Origin: Verrucomicrobiales bacterium
Lineage (GTDB): Bacteria > Verrucomicrobiota > Verrucomicrobiia > Limisphaerales > UBA1100
NCBI GenBank assembly: GCA_038139415.1
Contig: JAYOSV010000002.1
Coordinates: 1-42,161, forward strand
Direction of reading: 5' to 3'
DNA: 42,161 nucleotides
Below the pieces are notes generated by a model. It saw only the letters and a list, made by a program, of their open reading frames with translations, made no database searches and had not been told where the DNA came from. Of this stretch, positions 8,501-17,862 are shown one piece after another (within the stretch, counting starts at the first letter, position 1; the number at the start of each line of letters is the position of its first letter). The position numbers and the translations under genes are program-made.

Positions 8501-9226
8501 GTCGTCGAGGTTCTTAGTGAGATCAATGCTTCTGGTGCCCTGTGGGTCGCGGATCACCAGCGTGGCGTGGTCCGGCGCTTGATTGACGAAGTGGGCAAGC
8601 ACGGCCAGCGGGGTGCCGCGTTCCACCTCAGTATTGCCCGGCTCCACCTGATCCAGCTGTGCCTGCCGAGCGATTTCTTCCGTCACGGATTCCTCTTGGC
8701 CTGGGGCTTGGGCGAAGGTGGTGGTCTGAGGCAGTTGATGCAGATTGCCGAGGCACACGCAGGTCATGAGAAACAGCAGGGTAAGCGCGGCCTGCAGGGC
8801 GAGGAGTTTACTGCGGGGAATCACTTTGCAGAACTGTGATTTCTCATAGGCGGCTTTGGCGTCGTTGATGACGCGTTCCTGCAGAAAGTTGTATTCGCCA
8901 GAATCGGGATCGGGCTCTTGTTCGATGGCAGTGAGGAGGGTGGCGTGCAGTTCGGGATGTTCAGCCTCAATGTCCCGGGCGAGTTGCTGATAGTCGAATC
9001 GTCCGCGTGAGGTGTTCATCCACAACACCACAAACGTGCCGAGCAAGAGCGCCCCGCCCAGAGCCAGCGCGGTCCATGCGGGGAACACGTCGCCGGCTTG
9101 CGCGCGGATGAGGATGACACCGGACACGGTTGCCAGTGCGCACCACCAGTAGAGCATTTGGTTCCATGTGCGCCATTGTTGTTGGCGGCGAATGATGGGG
9201 TAGAGGATGCGTTTGAGTTCGTTCAT
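5528..9226 (-). CDS. Large membrane-anchored coiled-coil protein (DUF4175-like)
   Basis: Three N-terminal TMs, beta-rich region (EDDFGL), long Q/E/K-rich coiled coil, C-terminal DPVPSRFSDLVEKYYERL. Confidence 0.8.
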   Translation of the reverse strand: MNELKRILYPIIRRQQQWRTWNQMLYWWCALATVSGVILIRAQAGDVFPAWTALALGGALLLGTFVVLWMNTSRGRFDYQQLARDIEAEHPELHATLLTAIEQEPDPDSGEYNFLQERVINDAKAAYEKSQFCKVIPRSKLLALQAALTLLFLMTCVCLGNLHQLPQTTTFAQAPGQEESVTEEIARQAQLDQVEPGNTEVERGTPLAVLAHFVNQAPDHATLVIRDPQGTRSIDLTKNLDDPIFGATLPIVDQAFSFHVEYDGEQSETYQVNVFEFPTLDRADAALEYPSYTRLPSRTVEDTRRLSAVEGTQLSYRFHLNKPVQSARLVGPDDQSIDLKVHAGQPLAELPPLALTQTQSWKLELTDAAGRQNKIAPRIEVSVYANKPPVIRVSSPDGDQQVSPLEEVDYAAEIEDDFGLGRYGLTYNINGGEMQEIPLGQPAPGNTKAFARHLLALETLEVEPDQLINWFFWAEDTGPDGQPRRAYSDMFFAEIRPFEQIFRQGDPSQQQQQQQQQQQSPNQQTEELIKLQKQIINATWKLRRQPATLAKDAPVLIEGQTEALTKARVLLDKSSDEKATEHIKAVVAHMERAVNELTEATQEAAALMPALAAEQAAYQSLLRLQAHEFQVSQQQQQQSSQQQQQQSNQRAQSQLDQLDLRKQEDRYETERQARKLEEPKQREQLQVLSRLRDLAQRQQDLNEKLKELESALRAAETAKAKEEIERQLKRLREEQRQNLADLDELNQRMEKPENRAEMQPQRQQLEQTRQQMNEAAEQMQKGQLSQAISNSTRAQKDLQEMRDDLREKTSNQFAEEMRTMRRDARELSEKQKELSNKLDQAEKKNEPRKSLTGTDNQKEITKELNDQQKKLENLLEDMKNVVEKSEIAEPLLNRKLYETFREAHQDQADKSLKAAATLLEQKEDALRNNQLLRTLDEIMDKDPDKQKLIDQLRQRDFRQASKTLSDQGQRKLNDLKKGVEQAAESVLGNETEALKFAEQQLGELSEALKNEKAEATGKKPNEQAATKPQQGKPGQQKGDPNGEQPNAQNKPAQGDPKANQPNSPNEQAGQPNQKPNPQDQPNQPNQPTPPNSQAQQAGQQPQTGPSSFLEKGFNPSERGQNPITGGHHREWTDRLRDVEEAVDRPEVREQVAQIREDIRKLNTEFRRNSKEPEWDLVEKKILKPLDEARRTLAEELAKSESDRALVPIDRDPVPSRFSDLVEKYYERLGEGK
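7289..7330 (-). repeat. Poly-Gln coding tract Q6-SS-Q6
   Basis: Mixed CAG/CAA codons. Confidence 0.9.
7670..7702 (-). repeat. Poly-Gln coding tract Q11
   Basis: Mixed CAG/CAA codons. Confidence 0.9.
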
Positions 9227-11307
9227 GTTGCCTCTCCGGGGGATTCAGCGGCGGCGGCGGGTTTGCGCCAAAGCCAGCCGCCCAGCCATGTCTCCAATAA
9301 CACCAGCATAATCGCTGCCATGATTAGCCAGCGCCATATTTTCTGACGTTTTTCGAGTTGTTCGTCGATCAAAGTTTGTTCCCGGTTCTGCTCGATTTTG
9401 GCCTTTTCAACTGATCCCGGGGCAAAGGGGAGGTTTAACCCATCCAAGCGCTCAGGCGCCAGAGGTTCGGTGCGGCTTTCACGAGCAGACACATTCACGG
9501 CAAAGGTCACCGGCCGTGATCCTTGTAGCGTAAACAGACCCGGTTGATCGGCGTGAAAACCACTTTGACCGGCGGGAATTTGTGCGTTCGGTCCCGGGCC
9601 GGTAACGGTGCGGGCAGTGTCTGATTCGCCGGGGAGCGTGACCGGTTGGCCAACAAAATGCGCGGTCTTCAGCCGCCCACCGGTTTGGCCCAGCTCCAGC
9701 ATTGAATAGAGCAGGGGCACAAACTTACTGGCCAGTGCGAGTTGGCTGTCGACCGGATGCCAGCCGCTGGTGAGAACAAAGAGATGGCCGTGGCCCAGCG
9801 GCAGATCGAGCAGCGCCGGATCGCCGTCATCAAACCGCGCCAGCACGCGCGCGCCGGGCAGACGGGCTGGGTCCAGCGTGCGATGTTTCCAGAAATGGAT
9901 TTTGGTGAAATCACTGAAGCGCGGTTCGTTGAATGGCGCCAGCAGTGGGTGCTCGAAATTCACCTGGCTGAGCAGCGCGTATTTCTCCACGCTCGCCTCA
10001 CTCAACGGTATGGGCCCAGATTTTGCCAGCGCGGTTAACGTGCCCGCCATCGCGTCGCTCTTCAACGGCAACAGCACCGAGTGTCCGCTTTCGGCAAACT
10101 GCCGCACACGATCCACATGCGCCGCCTCGATCGGTTCGCCAATGATCAACAGGCGATCATCCGGATGTGCCAGTTTACCCTCCAGCGCAGACGGCAGGTG
10201 CGTGAGCACCTCCACATGTTGCAGACGTGTGGTGGAGAAAGCGCGCTCGAGATAAAAGCGCATGGCCTCCGTGTCTTCGGCAGATTCGCGGCCAAGATAA
10301 TGGATGCGCACTGGCTCCGGCGTGAGAGGTGCGATATGCAGGGTATTATCAAACGTCTCGGAATCGCCAAGCAGAGCGAGTTGCCAATTAGGTCCCGCAG
10401 GGCGGCGAGGCGCGGTGAGCGTGCGGCTTTGGCCAGCGGGCACATACACGGGCACGGTGTTGGTGTGCGTGGTGTCGCCTTGGCGCCAGGCGAGTTGGAA
10501 CTGTTCGCGGGCGGCATCGCCGGAGTTAGTCACGCGCACGCGTTGGCCCGTGCTGTCGGTATCATCGGTCGCGTGGCCGTGCGCCAGTTGCAGGCCGGCA
10601 TTGCCGGGGGCGGAGGGTGCCACCGTTTTCAGTGTGAGTTGTAGGCCGCCTGGCCAGTCATGGCCCTGTAGGCCATCTAGTTGCGCGCCTTCCTGCCGGT
10701 CGGTGAGGACAATGATCTGTTGCGGGCCGGTGTGCGGGTTTTCCTCCAGCAATTCGGCAGCGGTGAGAATGGCGTTGCCCAGATGCGTGCTGCCCCAGCC
10801 GGGTTGTAGACCGTTCAGGGCTTCGCAGGCGGCGGGCAATCGGCTGGGCTCGGGCAGGTCGCGCCATTGGTCAAACCGTAGCAGCGGCTGGGTTTGGCCG
10901 TTGAAGGTCAGGATGGAAAAAGAGTCGGAAGGTTGCACCTCAGCCAACGCGGCGCGCGCTTCGGTTAGGGTTTTCTCCCAAATCCCTGCGCGCTGCATGC
11001 TGGCGCTGGTGTCGATCAGCAACACGATTCGTTGGCCGATTGTGGCGTCGTGACCGGCAGTAACGGTGTTGCGCATAAACGGTCGCGAAAAAGCGAGTGC
11101 CATCACCGCTAACAGGGCGCAACGGACCAGCAGGAGCAAGATATCTTCCAGCCGACTTTTGCGCGTGACCTTTGGCGGATCGGCTCGCAGAAACATGAGC
11201 GAACTGAAGGTGAACTTTTCACGCGTGTTACGCCGGATGAGATGGAACAACACCGGACCGGCAATGACTAGGCTACCGAGCAGAAAGAGTGGGGCGAGGA
11301 AACTCAT
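9223..11307 (-). CDS. BatA N-terminal domain plus vWA domain membrane protein
   Basis: MSFLAPLFLLG..PVLFHL..FSSLMFL BatA N-terminus; DTSASM MIDAS; LTD; C-terminal TM. Confidence 0.85.
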   Translation of the reverse strand: MSFLAPLFLLGSLVIAGPVLFHLIRRNTREKFTFSSLMFLRADPPKVTRKSRLEDILLLLVRCALLAVMALAFSRPFMRNTVTAGHDATIGQRIVLLIDTSASMQRAGIWEKTLTEARAALAEVQPSDSFSILTFNGQTQPLLRFDQWRDLPEPSRLPAACEALNGLQPGWGSTHLGNAILTAAELLEENPHTGPQQIIVLTDRQEGAQLDGLQGHDWPGGLQLTLKTVAPSAPGNAGLQLAHGHATDDTDSTGQRVRVTNSGDAAREQFQLAWRQGDTTHTNTVPVYVPAGQSRTLTAPRRPAGPNWQLALLGDSETFDNTLHIAPLTPEPVRIHYLGRESAEDTEAMRFYLERAFSTTRLQHVEVLTHLPSALEGKLAHPDDRLLIIGEPIEAAHVDRVRQFAESGHSVLLPLKSDAMAGTLTALAKSGPIPLSEASVEKYALLSQVNFEHPLLAPFNEPRFSDFTKIHFWKHRTLDPARLPGARVLARFDDGDPALLDLPLGHGHLFVLTSGWHPVDSQLALASKFVPLLYSMLELGQTGGRLKTAHFVGQPVTLPGESDTARTVTGPGPNAQIPAGQSGFHADQPGLFTLQGSRPVTFAVNVSARESRTEPLAPERLDGLNLPFAPGSVEKAKIEQNREQTLIDEQLEKRQKIWRWLIMAAIMLVLLETWLGGWLWRKPAAAAESPGEAT

Positions 11308-12242
11308 GCGTTGGCGTGGCGTTGAATGGTTTTGCCGCGGCGTTGCCGTTGGCGGAGATAATTGGCGAGCACCTGATCCAGTGGCTCGTCGGTGGTCACC
11401 TGCAGGTAGTCCGCCCCTAGCTTGGAACAGACGGCCCGTGCGGCGTCGCCGTGTTCGGCAAAGCGTTGCAGGTAATTACGCTTGGCGGCGGATGGATCGA
11501 TGAACAGATCCTTCTCCGATTCCACATCGTGAAAGAGCAGGGTGTCTTCGAAATCGAAATCGATCTCGCGCGGATCGAGGACGCGTAACACCACGACGTC
11601 ATGGCCGGTGGCAGTCAGGCGGCCGAGCTTGGCTTCCAGCTCTTCCACAGGAGCGAGTAGATCGGAGATCAGGACCATCAGGCCGCGTTTGTTGACCAGC
11701 TCCACAATCCGCTGCAGTGGCTTGGCAATGCTGGTGGCCTGACCGGCGGCGGGTTTTTCCAAGGACAACATCAATTGCCGCAAATGCCCGGGGCGATTGC
11801 GGGCTGGAAGATAATCCCGAATGCTCTCATCAAAACTCAGTAAGCCAACGGCGTCACCTTGTTGAAAGAGAAAGTAGGCGAGGGTGGCGGCCAGTGTGTG
11901 CGCATAATCGGCTTTGGTCCAATCGCCGGAGCCGAAGGTCATCGAGCGACTTTGATCGACCAACAGATGGCAACGCAGATTGGTTTCATCTTCAAACTTC
12001 TTGATGTAGTAGCGGTCGCTGCGGGCGTACACGCGCCAGTCGACATAGCGAGGGTCATCGCCGGGTACGTATTGGCGGTACTCCGTGAACTCGACAGAGA
12101 AGCCGTGGTAGGGGCTGCGGTGGATACCGTTCCAGAAGCCCTGCACCACAATGCGCGCGCGCAGTTCCAAACTGCGGATCTGCATCAGGGTGCGCGTGTC
12201 GATAAACCCATCGCGCGCCGAGTTAGCGGCGGCTTCAGGCAT
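11304..12242 (-). CDS. DUF58 domain protein
   Basis: GIHRSPYHGFSVEFTEYRQYVPGDDPRYVDW; DQSRSM; ISD. Confidence 0.95.
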   Translation of the reverse strand: MPEAAANSARDGFIDTRTLMQIRSLELRARIVVQGFWNGIHRSPYHGFSVEFTEYRQYVPGDDPRYVDWRVYARSDRYYIKKFEDETNLRCHLLVDQSRSMTFGSGDWTKADYAHTLAATLAYFLFQQGDAVGLLSFDESIRDYLPARNRPGHLRQLMLSLEKPAAGQATSIAKPLQRIVELVNKRGLMVLISDLLAPVEELEAKLGRLTATGHDVVVLRVLDPREIDFDFEDTLLFHDVESEKDLFIDPSAAKRNYLQRFAEHGDAARAVCSKLGADYLQVTTDEPLDQVLANYLRQRQRRGKTIQRHANA

Positions 12243-13239
12243 TCGGTTTCACTTGGTCGAGTAGTTGTTCGATAATCTTTTGCGTGGTCATGCCCTCGGC
12301 TTCCGCGCGGTAATTGACCAATACGCGATGGCGCAATACCGGGGCGGCTACGGCCTGAATGTCCTCAGCGGTTACGTGGCTGCGGCCCTGCAGGAGCGTG
12401 CGCGCTTTGGCACCGAGCACAAGGAACTGGGCGGCACGCAGGCCGGCACCCCAGCTGACCCACTCATTGACGAAATCCGGGGTGTTGTCCTGACTTGGTC
12501 GACTGGCGGCAGCCAATTGCACGGCGTACCGCACGAGATCCTCGGCCGCGGGAACCTTGCGCACGAGATCGTTGAAGCGCTGCACATCCTCGGCATTGAA
12601 AAGCGGCTCAATGGTTTCGCTGCCGCCCGCGGTGGTTTGCTGGACCACGGCTACTTCCTGATCCTCGGGTAGATAATCAATGACCACGTTGAACATGAAA
12701 CGGTCCAGCTGCGCCTCGGGCAGCGGGTATGTGCCTTCCATCTCAATGGGGTTTTGCGTTGCGAGCACGAAGAAGGGTTGGGGTAACGGATGCCGTTGGC
12801 CAGCGGCAGTGACCTGATGCTCCTGCATGGCCTCCAGCAGGGCGGCCTGCGTCTTGGGTGGGGTCCGATTGATTTCGTCCGCGAGAATGATATTGGCAAA
12901 CACTGGGCCGGGCACGAACCGCAACTGTCGGCCGGCATCGGTTTCGCTGAGCACCTCGGTGCCGGTGATGTCCGCTGGCATGAGGTCTGGCGTGAACTGG
13001 ATGCGCGAAAATTGAAGGTCAAAAATCTCGGCAATCGATTTCACCAGCAGCGTTTTGGCCAGACCGGGCGCGCCAGTGATCAAGACATGGCCGCCGGCGA
13101 ACAGGGAAATGAGGATCTCGTCGATCACGTCTTCCTGGCCGATGATGGTTTTGCCCAGCTCGGACTTGATGCGGCTGGAGCCAGTGAGGATCTGGTCCAC
13201 GGTTTCAGCGTCGGTGGGGGTTTGGGTATCGGTATCCAT
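12235..13239 (-). CDS. moxR: MoxR-family AAA+ ATPase
   Basis: GAPGLAKT Walker A, RIQFTPDLMPAD, DEINR, ATQNP, LPEAQLDRF. Start reassigned to ATG 13239 (overlaps the DUF4159 stop). Confidence 0.95.
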   Translation of the reverse strand: MDTDTQTPTDAETVDQILTGSSRIKSELGKTIIGQEDVIDEILISLFAGGHVLITGAPGLAKTLLVKSIAEIFDLQFSRIQFTPDLMPADITGTEVLSETDAGRQLRFVPGPVFANIILADEINRTPPKTQAALLEAMQEHQVTAAGQRHPLPQPFFVLATQNPIEMEGTYPLPEAQLDRFMFNVVIDYLPEDQEVAVVQQTTAGGSETIEPLFNAEDVQRFNDLVRKVPAAEDLVRYAVQLAAASRPSQDNTPDFVNEWVSWGAGLRAAQFLVLGAKARTLLQGRSHVTAEDIQAVAAPVLRHRVLVNYRAEAEGMTTQKIIEQLLDQVKPNA

Positions 13240-14048
13240 TAGTGGGTCATTGCGTAAAAGATGATGTTGATGCCCATGGGGTAGGCCTTGGGCTCGGAGA
13301 AATTCTTGAAGTAATACTGGTTCTCGCCCTCGCGTTCCCAACCATCGCCGAGATCGGTGTTGTGGCAAATGATCACCATGAGCCGGTCCTTGTCGTCGAA
13401 GATGCCTTTGTAATGGACCTGGCTGCCGTTATCCGGCCCAGGCCGGTATTCGAAATTCATACCCTGCATGGCCTGGCCGATGGAAGGCAGCTGCGGTTTT
13501 TCCTTCAGATCGAACACGCAGTGGAAAATCGGGTGCTCCAGTGGTAGTTCCTTGGGCTCGCGTTCGGGGAATACGCGCCGCATTTCCGCCGCGAAATTAT
13601 CGTATTCATCGCCACCCCAGAAATCATCTACCATTAAAAATCCGCCATTAAGCAGATAGCCGCGCAGCGCCTTCACCTCCGGCTCGCTCAGCCACAGGTC
13701 GCCGGGCTCGGCCATGTAAACGAACGGATAATCGGTGAGCTTGGGATCGGTGATGTTCAGCACCATGCCGTCCGGATGCACCTTCATCGAGGTGAGTTCC
13801 TGCAGACGATAGGAGAAATTCAGATCGGCATCCGGGTAATCAGTGGCCCATTTTCGACCGCGGCCACTATAGCTGCTGTAGCGCAAACGGCAGAAGGTAA
13901 ACACATCACGCGGCATCTCGTTGTCCACCTGCCAACTTGGTACGCCACGCCGGTCGATGGACGGTGGAAAAGGGCGGGGTTGTGCCATAATCCAAGCCGC
14001 GGCTGCTATTGCGACGCCACTCAAAGCGATGAATACTTTATTTTTCAT
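13239..14048 (-). CDS. DUF4159 domain protein (exported)
   Basis: WATDYPDAD, GGFLMVDDFWG, HPIFH, HNTDLGDGWE, MGINIIFYAMTH. Confidence 0.9.
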   Translation of the reverse strand: MKNKVFIALSGVAIAAAAWIMAQPRPFPPSIDRRGVPSWQVDNEMPRDVFTFCRLRYSSYSGRGRKWATDYPDADLNFSYRLQELTSMKVHPDGMVLNITDPKLTDYPFVYMAEPGDLWLSEPEVKALRGYLLNGGFLMVDDFWGGDEYDNFAAEMRRVFPEREPKELPLEHPIFHCVFDLKEKPQLPSIGQAMQGMNFEYRPGPDNGSQVHYKGIFDDKDRLMVIICHNTDLGDGWEREGENQYYFKNFSEPKAYPMGINIIFYAMTH

Positions 14049-16557
14049 CGAGTTTCCCTTCGGTTGTCTCCCAGTCCAGTAGTAGCTTCAGTGCCTCTCG
14101 AAAACGCGGGGCCTCCTCAAGGGCCATCAGGAGATGCCGCTTGGCCTTAGGGTTATCCGGTTCACGCAACAGCTGCGCCAGCCGGTAATTTGCCTCGGCC
14201 GGATCGAGCGGGTCCAGTCGTAGCAGGGTTTGCCAGGACTCGATGGCCTGCGGTGCGTCGTTCAGCGCTTCGGCCGCCATTGCAAGGTGCCGATGGGTAT
14301 CGGGCAGGAGGGGGTTCACCGCCAGTACCCGTTCGCAATTCAAACGCACTGCCTCCCAATCCTTTTGTTCGGCAGCTAGTTCCGTGAGGCGTTGGAATAT
14401 CGGGTAGGCATCATCGGCCATGGCAGCAAGCGCCTCGAGTGTTTGGCGTTCAGCCTGATATTCCTCCAACTCGCGCTGTGCGCGGGCGAGCATCACGTAG
14501 GGATTGCCTTCGCCATTTGTTTGGCGCGGGAACAGCTTGATCAATTCCTTGCATGGCGCCTTGACGGCTTCCCAATCCTTGTCGTTCAACGCCCGTCGGG
14601 CCTGGCGCACAAGGAGATAAAAATTCTTCGGATGTTTCTTCGCGAACTCCTCCATGCCCGCCCGCAGGGTTTCCGAATCGGGCTTGGTCCAGTCCAGCTC
14701 CGGCGCTAGCGCCTTGGCTTTGGCCACGGCGTACGCGCGGAAGGCGGTCTCCAGTTTGTTCAATGGCTCGGTGTGCTTGGCAATGGCTGCATTGATCTCC
14801 ACGCCTTCACCGAGGTCCTTGAGAATATTACGGATTGCTTCGAGTCCAAAGCGTTCGGTGAGATGTTCCACCACCAGTGAAGATTGATAATAGGCAAATT
14901 GTAGATGGAGATTACTTTCCGGCGCCAAAAACGCGCCGCTCATTTTGCTTACAGGAGTTAGTTCACCGCCAAGAATCAATTCCCGGAAGCGCGGGTTCAT
15001 TCGCTGTCCCCAGGTCGGCTGTGCTTGGCGCTCCTCGTACACACTGATGCCTTCACTGAGCCAGCGCGGCATTTTGTTTCGGGTGAGTGCTAGGGTAACC
15101 GTGTGGCAAAATTCGTGCCAGAGAACGCTCTCCCAATTCGCTGGCGCAGGCATTTGCGAGGCCGGGCTGTTGGCGGTAATCACGCAGCCAAAACACACGC
15201 CAAGAAAACCCGGATTGTCCGGCATGCCGAAGGTGCGTACGCCAAAATCCTTTTGTTCGGCGAAAATTTCCACCGTGGTGCGTTGCTCGAGCTTGAGGCC
15301 GTATTTCTTGCACAACGTGTCATGCGCGCGATCGAGCAGGCGAAGAGCGCGCGGGCCGTAAATGGCCGCCTCGTGCGGGTCCATGCGGACGATGAAATTG
15401 GCGTTAGTGAGTGTAGTGTATTTACCGAGCGTGTCGCGTAGGGTCACGAGGTTGTAGGTTGTGACATCGTAGCCGTCAGATTCATGGGCGGCCTCGGTCA
15501 TGGCCCAGCCTTCCTTCTCAAAGCCGAGTCGCAGCAAATCCTGCGCGAGCTGGATCTTTGCAGGTAGATACTTCTCATCAAATGCCAGTGCCTGTTTCTG
15601 GTGTGCGGATCCCTCGGCAAAGCGGTACTTCTGCGAGAGTTTTTTGCCGATCAAATGATCCACGCGCGGATTGGTTTTCCAGTGGGCCAATGCCTGTTCG
15701 CGGGATTTGCTTTCAGCGGTAGTGTCGGCGCGGAGATGGGCGATGACGCTGCGATAGGCCCAGGCCTCGGGATGATGTGGGTTCACGGCGAGCACCTTGG
15801 ACAGTTGCGTCTCAGCCTCGTCGTAGGCTTCGCGATCAATTAGGCGATCGGCCATCAACAAGCGAGCACCGGCATGATTTGGGTTAGCCGTCAGAGTCGC
15901 CTGCAAATGTTGCGTCATCGTCTTGCCGTCCGAGGGCGCAAACGCGCGGGCGGCGCCGAAATGGAGATCGGCATTTTTAGGATGCCGCTTGAGCGCTAGC
16001 TGAAAGGTGCGTCCGGCCAGTTCATAATCGCTCTTGGACAACGCCAGATCGCCAATGGCCTGAGCCGTGCCGGCAAAGTTTGGATCATGTTCACGCGCCG
16101 GATGATACAGCTTATCGAGCACCAGCTTGGGGTCGGCATCTAGCTTCAGCGCGGTGCGGCCGAGTACGATCAGATCCGGAGCATTCCGGTACGCCCAGCC
16201 GCGGATACCGGCGAGGCGGTTAATTTCCGCCAGCGAATTGGTGGCGCCCTTGGGATCGTTGTTGAAATGAAACACCTCATGCGCCATCCAACGCACGCGT
16301 ACGCTGCTGGCTAGCTTGGCCATGGCGTTGGTGGTGACGGTGTGAGCTTTTGCGAATTGGCCCTGAGCCATCAGCGCGCGGATGTGCAGTACACGGGAAT
16401 CCTCCTGCCACGGGTTTTTGGCAATGGAATTGGTGGCGAGGCTGATGGTGTTGGTGAAGTCGCCGCGAGCGAAAGCAGCGCGGGCCTCGGCCAATGGATC
16501 CGCTGCGCTCGCGGCGAAGGCGAGTGGGAGCAATCCGATGACAAGCAGGCGAATCAT
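14038..16557 (-). CDS. Exported TPR-repeat protein with gluzincin/peptidase MA-like domain
   Basis: Start reassigned to ATG 16557 (MIRLLVIG signal peptide, ATGA overlap). Multiple TPRs; HEFCH...PRWLSEG zinc motif. Confidence 0.85.
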   Translation of the reverse strand: MIRLLVIGLLPLAFAASAADPLAEARAAFARGDFTNTISLATNSIAKNPWQEDSRVLHIRALMAQGQFAKAHTVTTNAMAKLASSVRVRWMAHEVFHFNNDPKGATNSLAEINRLAGIRGWAYRNAPDLIVLGRTALKLDADPKLVLDKLYHPAREHDPNFAGTAQAIGDLALSKSDYELAGRTFQLALKRHPKNADLHFGAARAFAPSDGKTMTQHLQATLTANPNHAGARLLMADRLIDREAYDEAETQLSKVLAVNPHHPEAWAYRSVIAHLRADTTAESKSREQALAHWKTNPRVDHLIGKKLSQKYRFAEGSAHQKQALAFDEKYLPAKIQLAQDLLRLGFEKEGWAMTEAAHESDGYDVTTYNLVTLRDTLGKYTTLTNANFIVRMDPHEAAIYGPRALRLLDRAHDTLCKKYGLKLEQRTTVEIFAEQKDFGVRTFGMPDNPGFLGVCFGCVITANSPASQMPAPANWESVLWHEFCHTVTLALTRNKMPRWLSEGISVYEERQAQPTWGQRMNPRFRELILGGELTPVSKMSGAFLAPESNLHLQFAYYQSSLVVEHLTERFGLEAIRNILKDLGEGVEINAAIAKHTEPLNKLETAFRAYAVAKAKALAPELDWTKPDSETLRAGMEEFAKKHPKNFYLLVRQARRALNDKDWEAVKAPCKELIKLFPRQTNGEGNPYVMLARAQRELEEYQAERQTLEALAAMADDAYPIFQRLTELAAEQKDWEAVRLNCERVLAVNPLLPDTHRHLAMAAEALNDAPQAIESWQTLLRLDPLDPAEANYRLAQLLREPDNPKAKRHLLMALEEAPRFREALKLLLDWETTEGKLDEK

Positions 16558-17570
16558 TCTTCCTTCAATTTGCGTTGGGCAAGGTAACTTTGCAGGAATC
16601 GGTCTGGCGGCGCTTCCTTCCATGCGGTGAACCAAAGGTTGCCGAGCATTTGCGATCCAGCAGCCAATTGTTGATGTAAAAACTGTCTTCCGGCAGCGGG
16701 GGTTTCTTTGGAAAGTTTGCCCGCCTTATCCAGTTGATACAAGGGTTCAACTAACCGGTGTTGTCCGAGGATATAATCTATTGCTGCTTGGAATTGTCCG
16801 CTGGCCAAATCGCGGGAAGCCGGTCGTATAAGCAGCGCTGCGGGGCTAAGTTGTTTGGTGATGGCTGCGCGGTCCGGGTCGGTGGTGGCTTTGAAGAAAC
16901 CGCCGTCGACCCAAGAGTGGAATCGGCGGCTGGTGGTGTAGCCTTTGGGATTTTCACCGGTCCAACCATTGAAATGCTCAGTGGTATGGAGCGGCTGCGC
17001 GGCGTCACCCACAAAATGGCTGAGGATGCCCATGCGATACACCACATTCGCTTGTGCGTTGGCAATCTCTTCCGGAGTGCCCATGGTCTTGAAGACTTGC
17101 AGATAGGAAAATGAGCTGACGAGCTTGAGATAATGCTCATTGATGCTCCAGGGCATAAACCCGGGATGGCCTTTGAGGTGGTCGGTGTTGCTTTCGGGTA
17201 ACTCCAGTTTCAGTCTTGCCCGGGCTGTGGCCATTTGTTCTACGAAACGATATCGGAAATGACTCAGGGTTTCCGTCTTCAACTCGTATTGCGCAAGGTA
17301 TTCGACATCAAAATAATGGTCGGGATTATTTAGGTGCTTCAACGCACGATCGCGGCTATTACGCCAGCGATCGGGTTCACCGGCTAGGAATCTGATTCGT
17401 TCACGGTTTTCAGTAGTGAAAACAAAACGCGGAAACGCCTTGGGCAACGTGTCCAGCGCGAGGTCGTTAATCAGCCGATGCCGTTCGTAATCCCACGCCT
17501 GCGCGGGAGGGACCGAAAGCCAAAGAAAAAGGGCGCAAAATAGGGTCGGAATACCGCGCCGGATCAACAT
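16554..17570 (-). CDS. S1/P1 nuclease / zinc phospholipase C-fold protein
   Basis: Signal peptide AQA then mature W-x4-H; EPD; HYFD; HFVGDAAQPLH; FHSWVD Zn ligands. Confidence 0.85.
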   Translation of the reverse strand: MLIRRGIPTLFCALFLWLSVPPAQAWDYERHRLINDLALDTLPKAFPRFVFTTENRERIRFLAGEPDRWRNSRDRALKHLNNPDHYFDVEYLAQYELKTETLSHFRYRFVEQMATARARLKLELPESNTDHLKGHPGFMPWSINEHYLKLVSSFSYLQVFKTMGTPEEIANAQANVVYRMGILSHFVGDAAQPLHTTEHFNGWTGENPKGYTTSRRFHSWVDGGFFKATTDPDRAAITKQLSPAALLIRPASRDLASGQFQAAIDYILGQHRLVEPLYQLDKAGKLSKETPAAGRQFLHQQLAAGSQMLGNLWFTAWKEAPPDRFLQSYLAQRKLKEE

Positions 17571-17862
17571 TCAATGAGGCTGAAGACCGTCCAAAAGTCA
17601 GGCAACCGAAAGCTGTTCACCGGTTTTGCCCAGTTACACTACAAATGAATATCGGTGGTCTCCAGGGGAGGGTCACAACTCCCAAATTTAGAGCCTTTTC
17701 CGGTCACTTAGGAGGATGGCCTGTTGCTTGCCGTAGCCGTCAATCTGGACTGCGCCGTGCAGCGCCTAAACCATAACACATGCCCTAGGATCTTTCGCCC
17801 CTGCGTGCCATTTTCTTTGGTGCTGCCTGAAGCGTATAATCTTCTCTTGGAGAACGGCGGGG

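Noticed and set aside
17571..17862. 292-nt intergenic stretch as a possible ncRNA or gene remnant
   Set aside because: No convincing ORF, stable structure or recognisable motif by eye.
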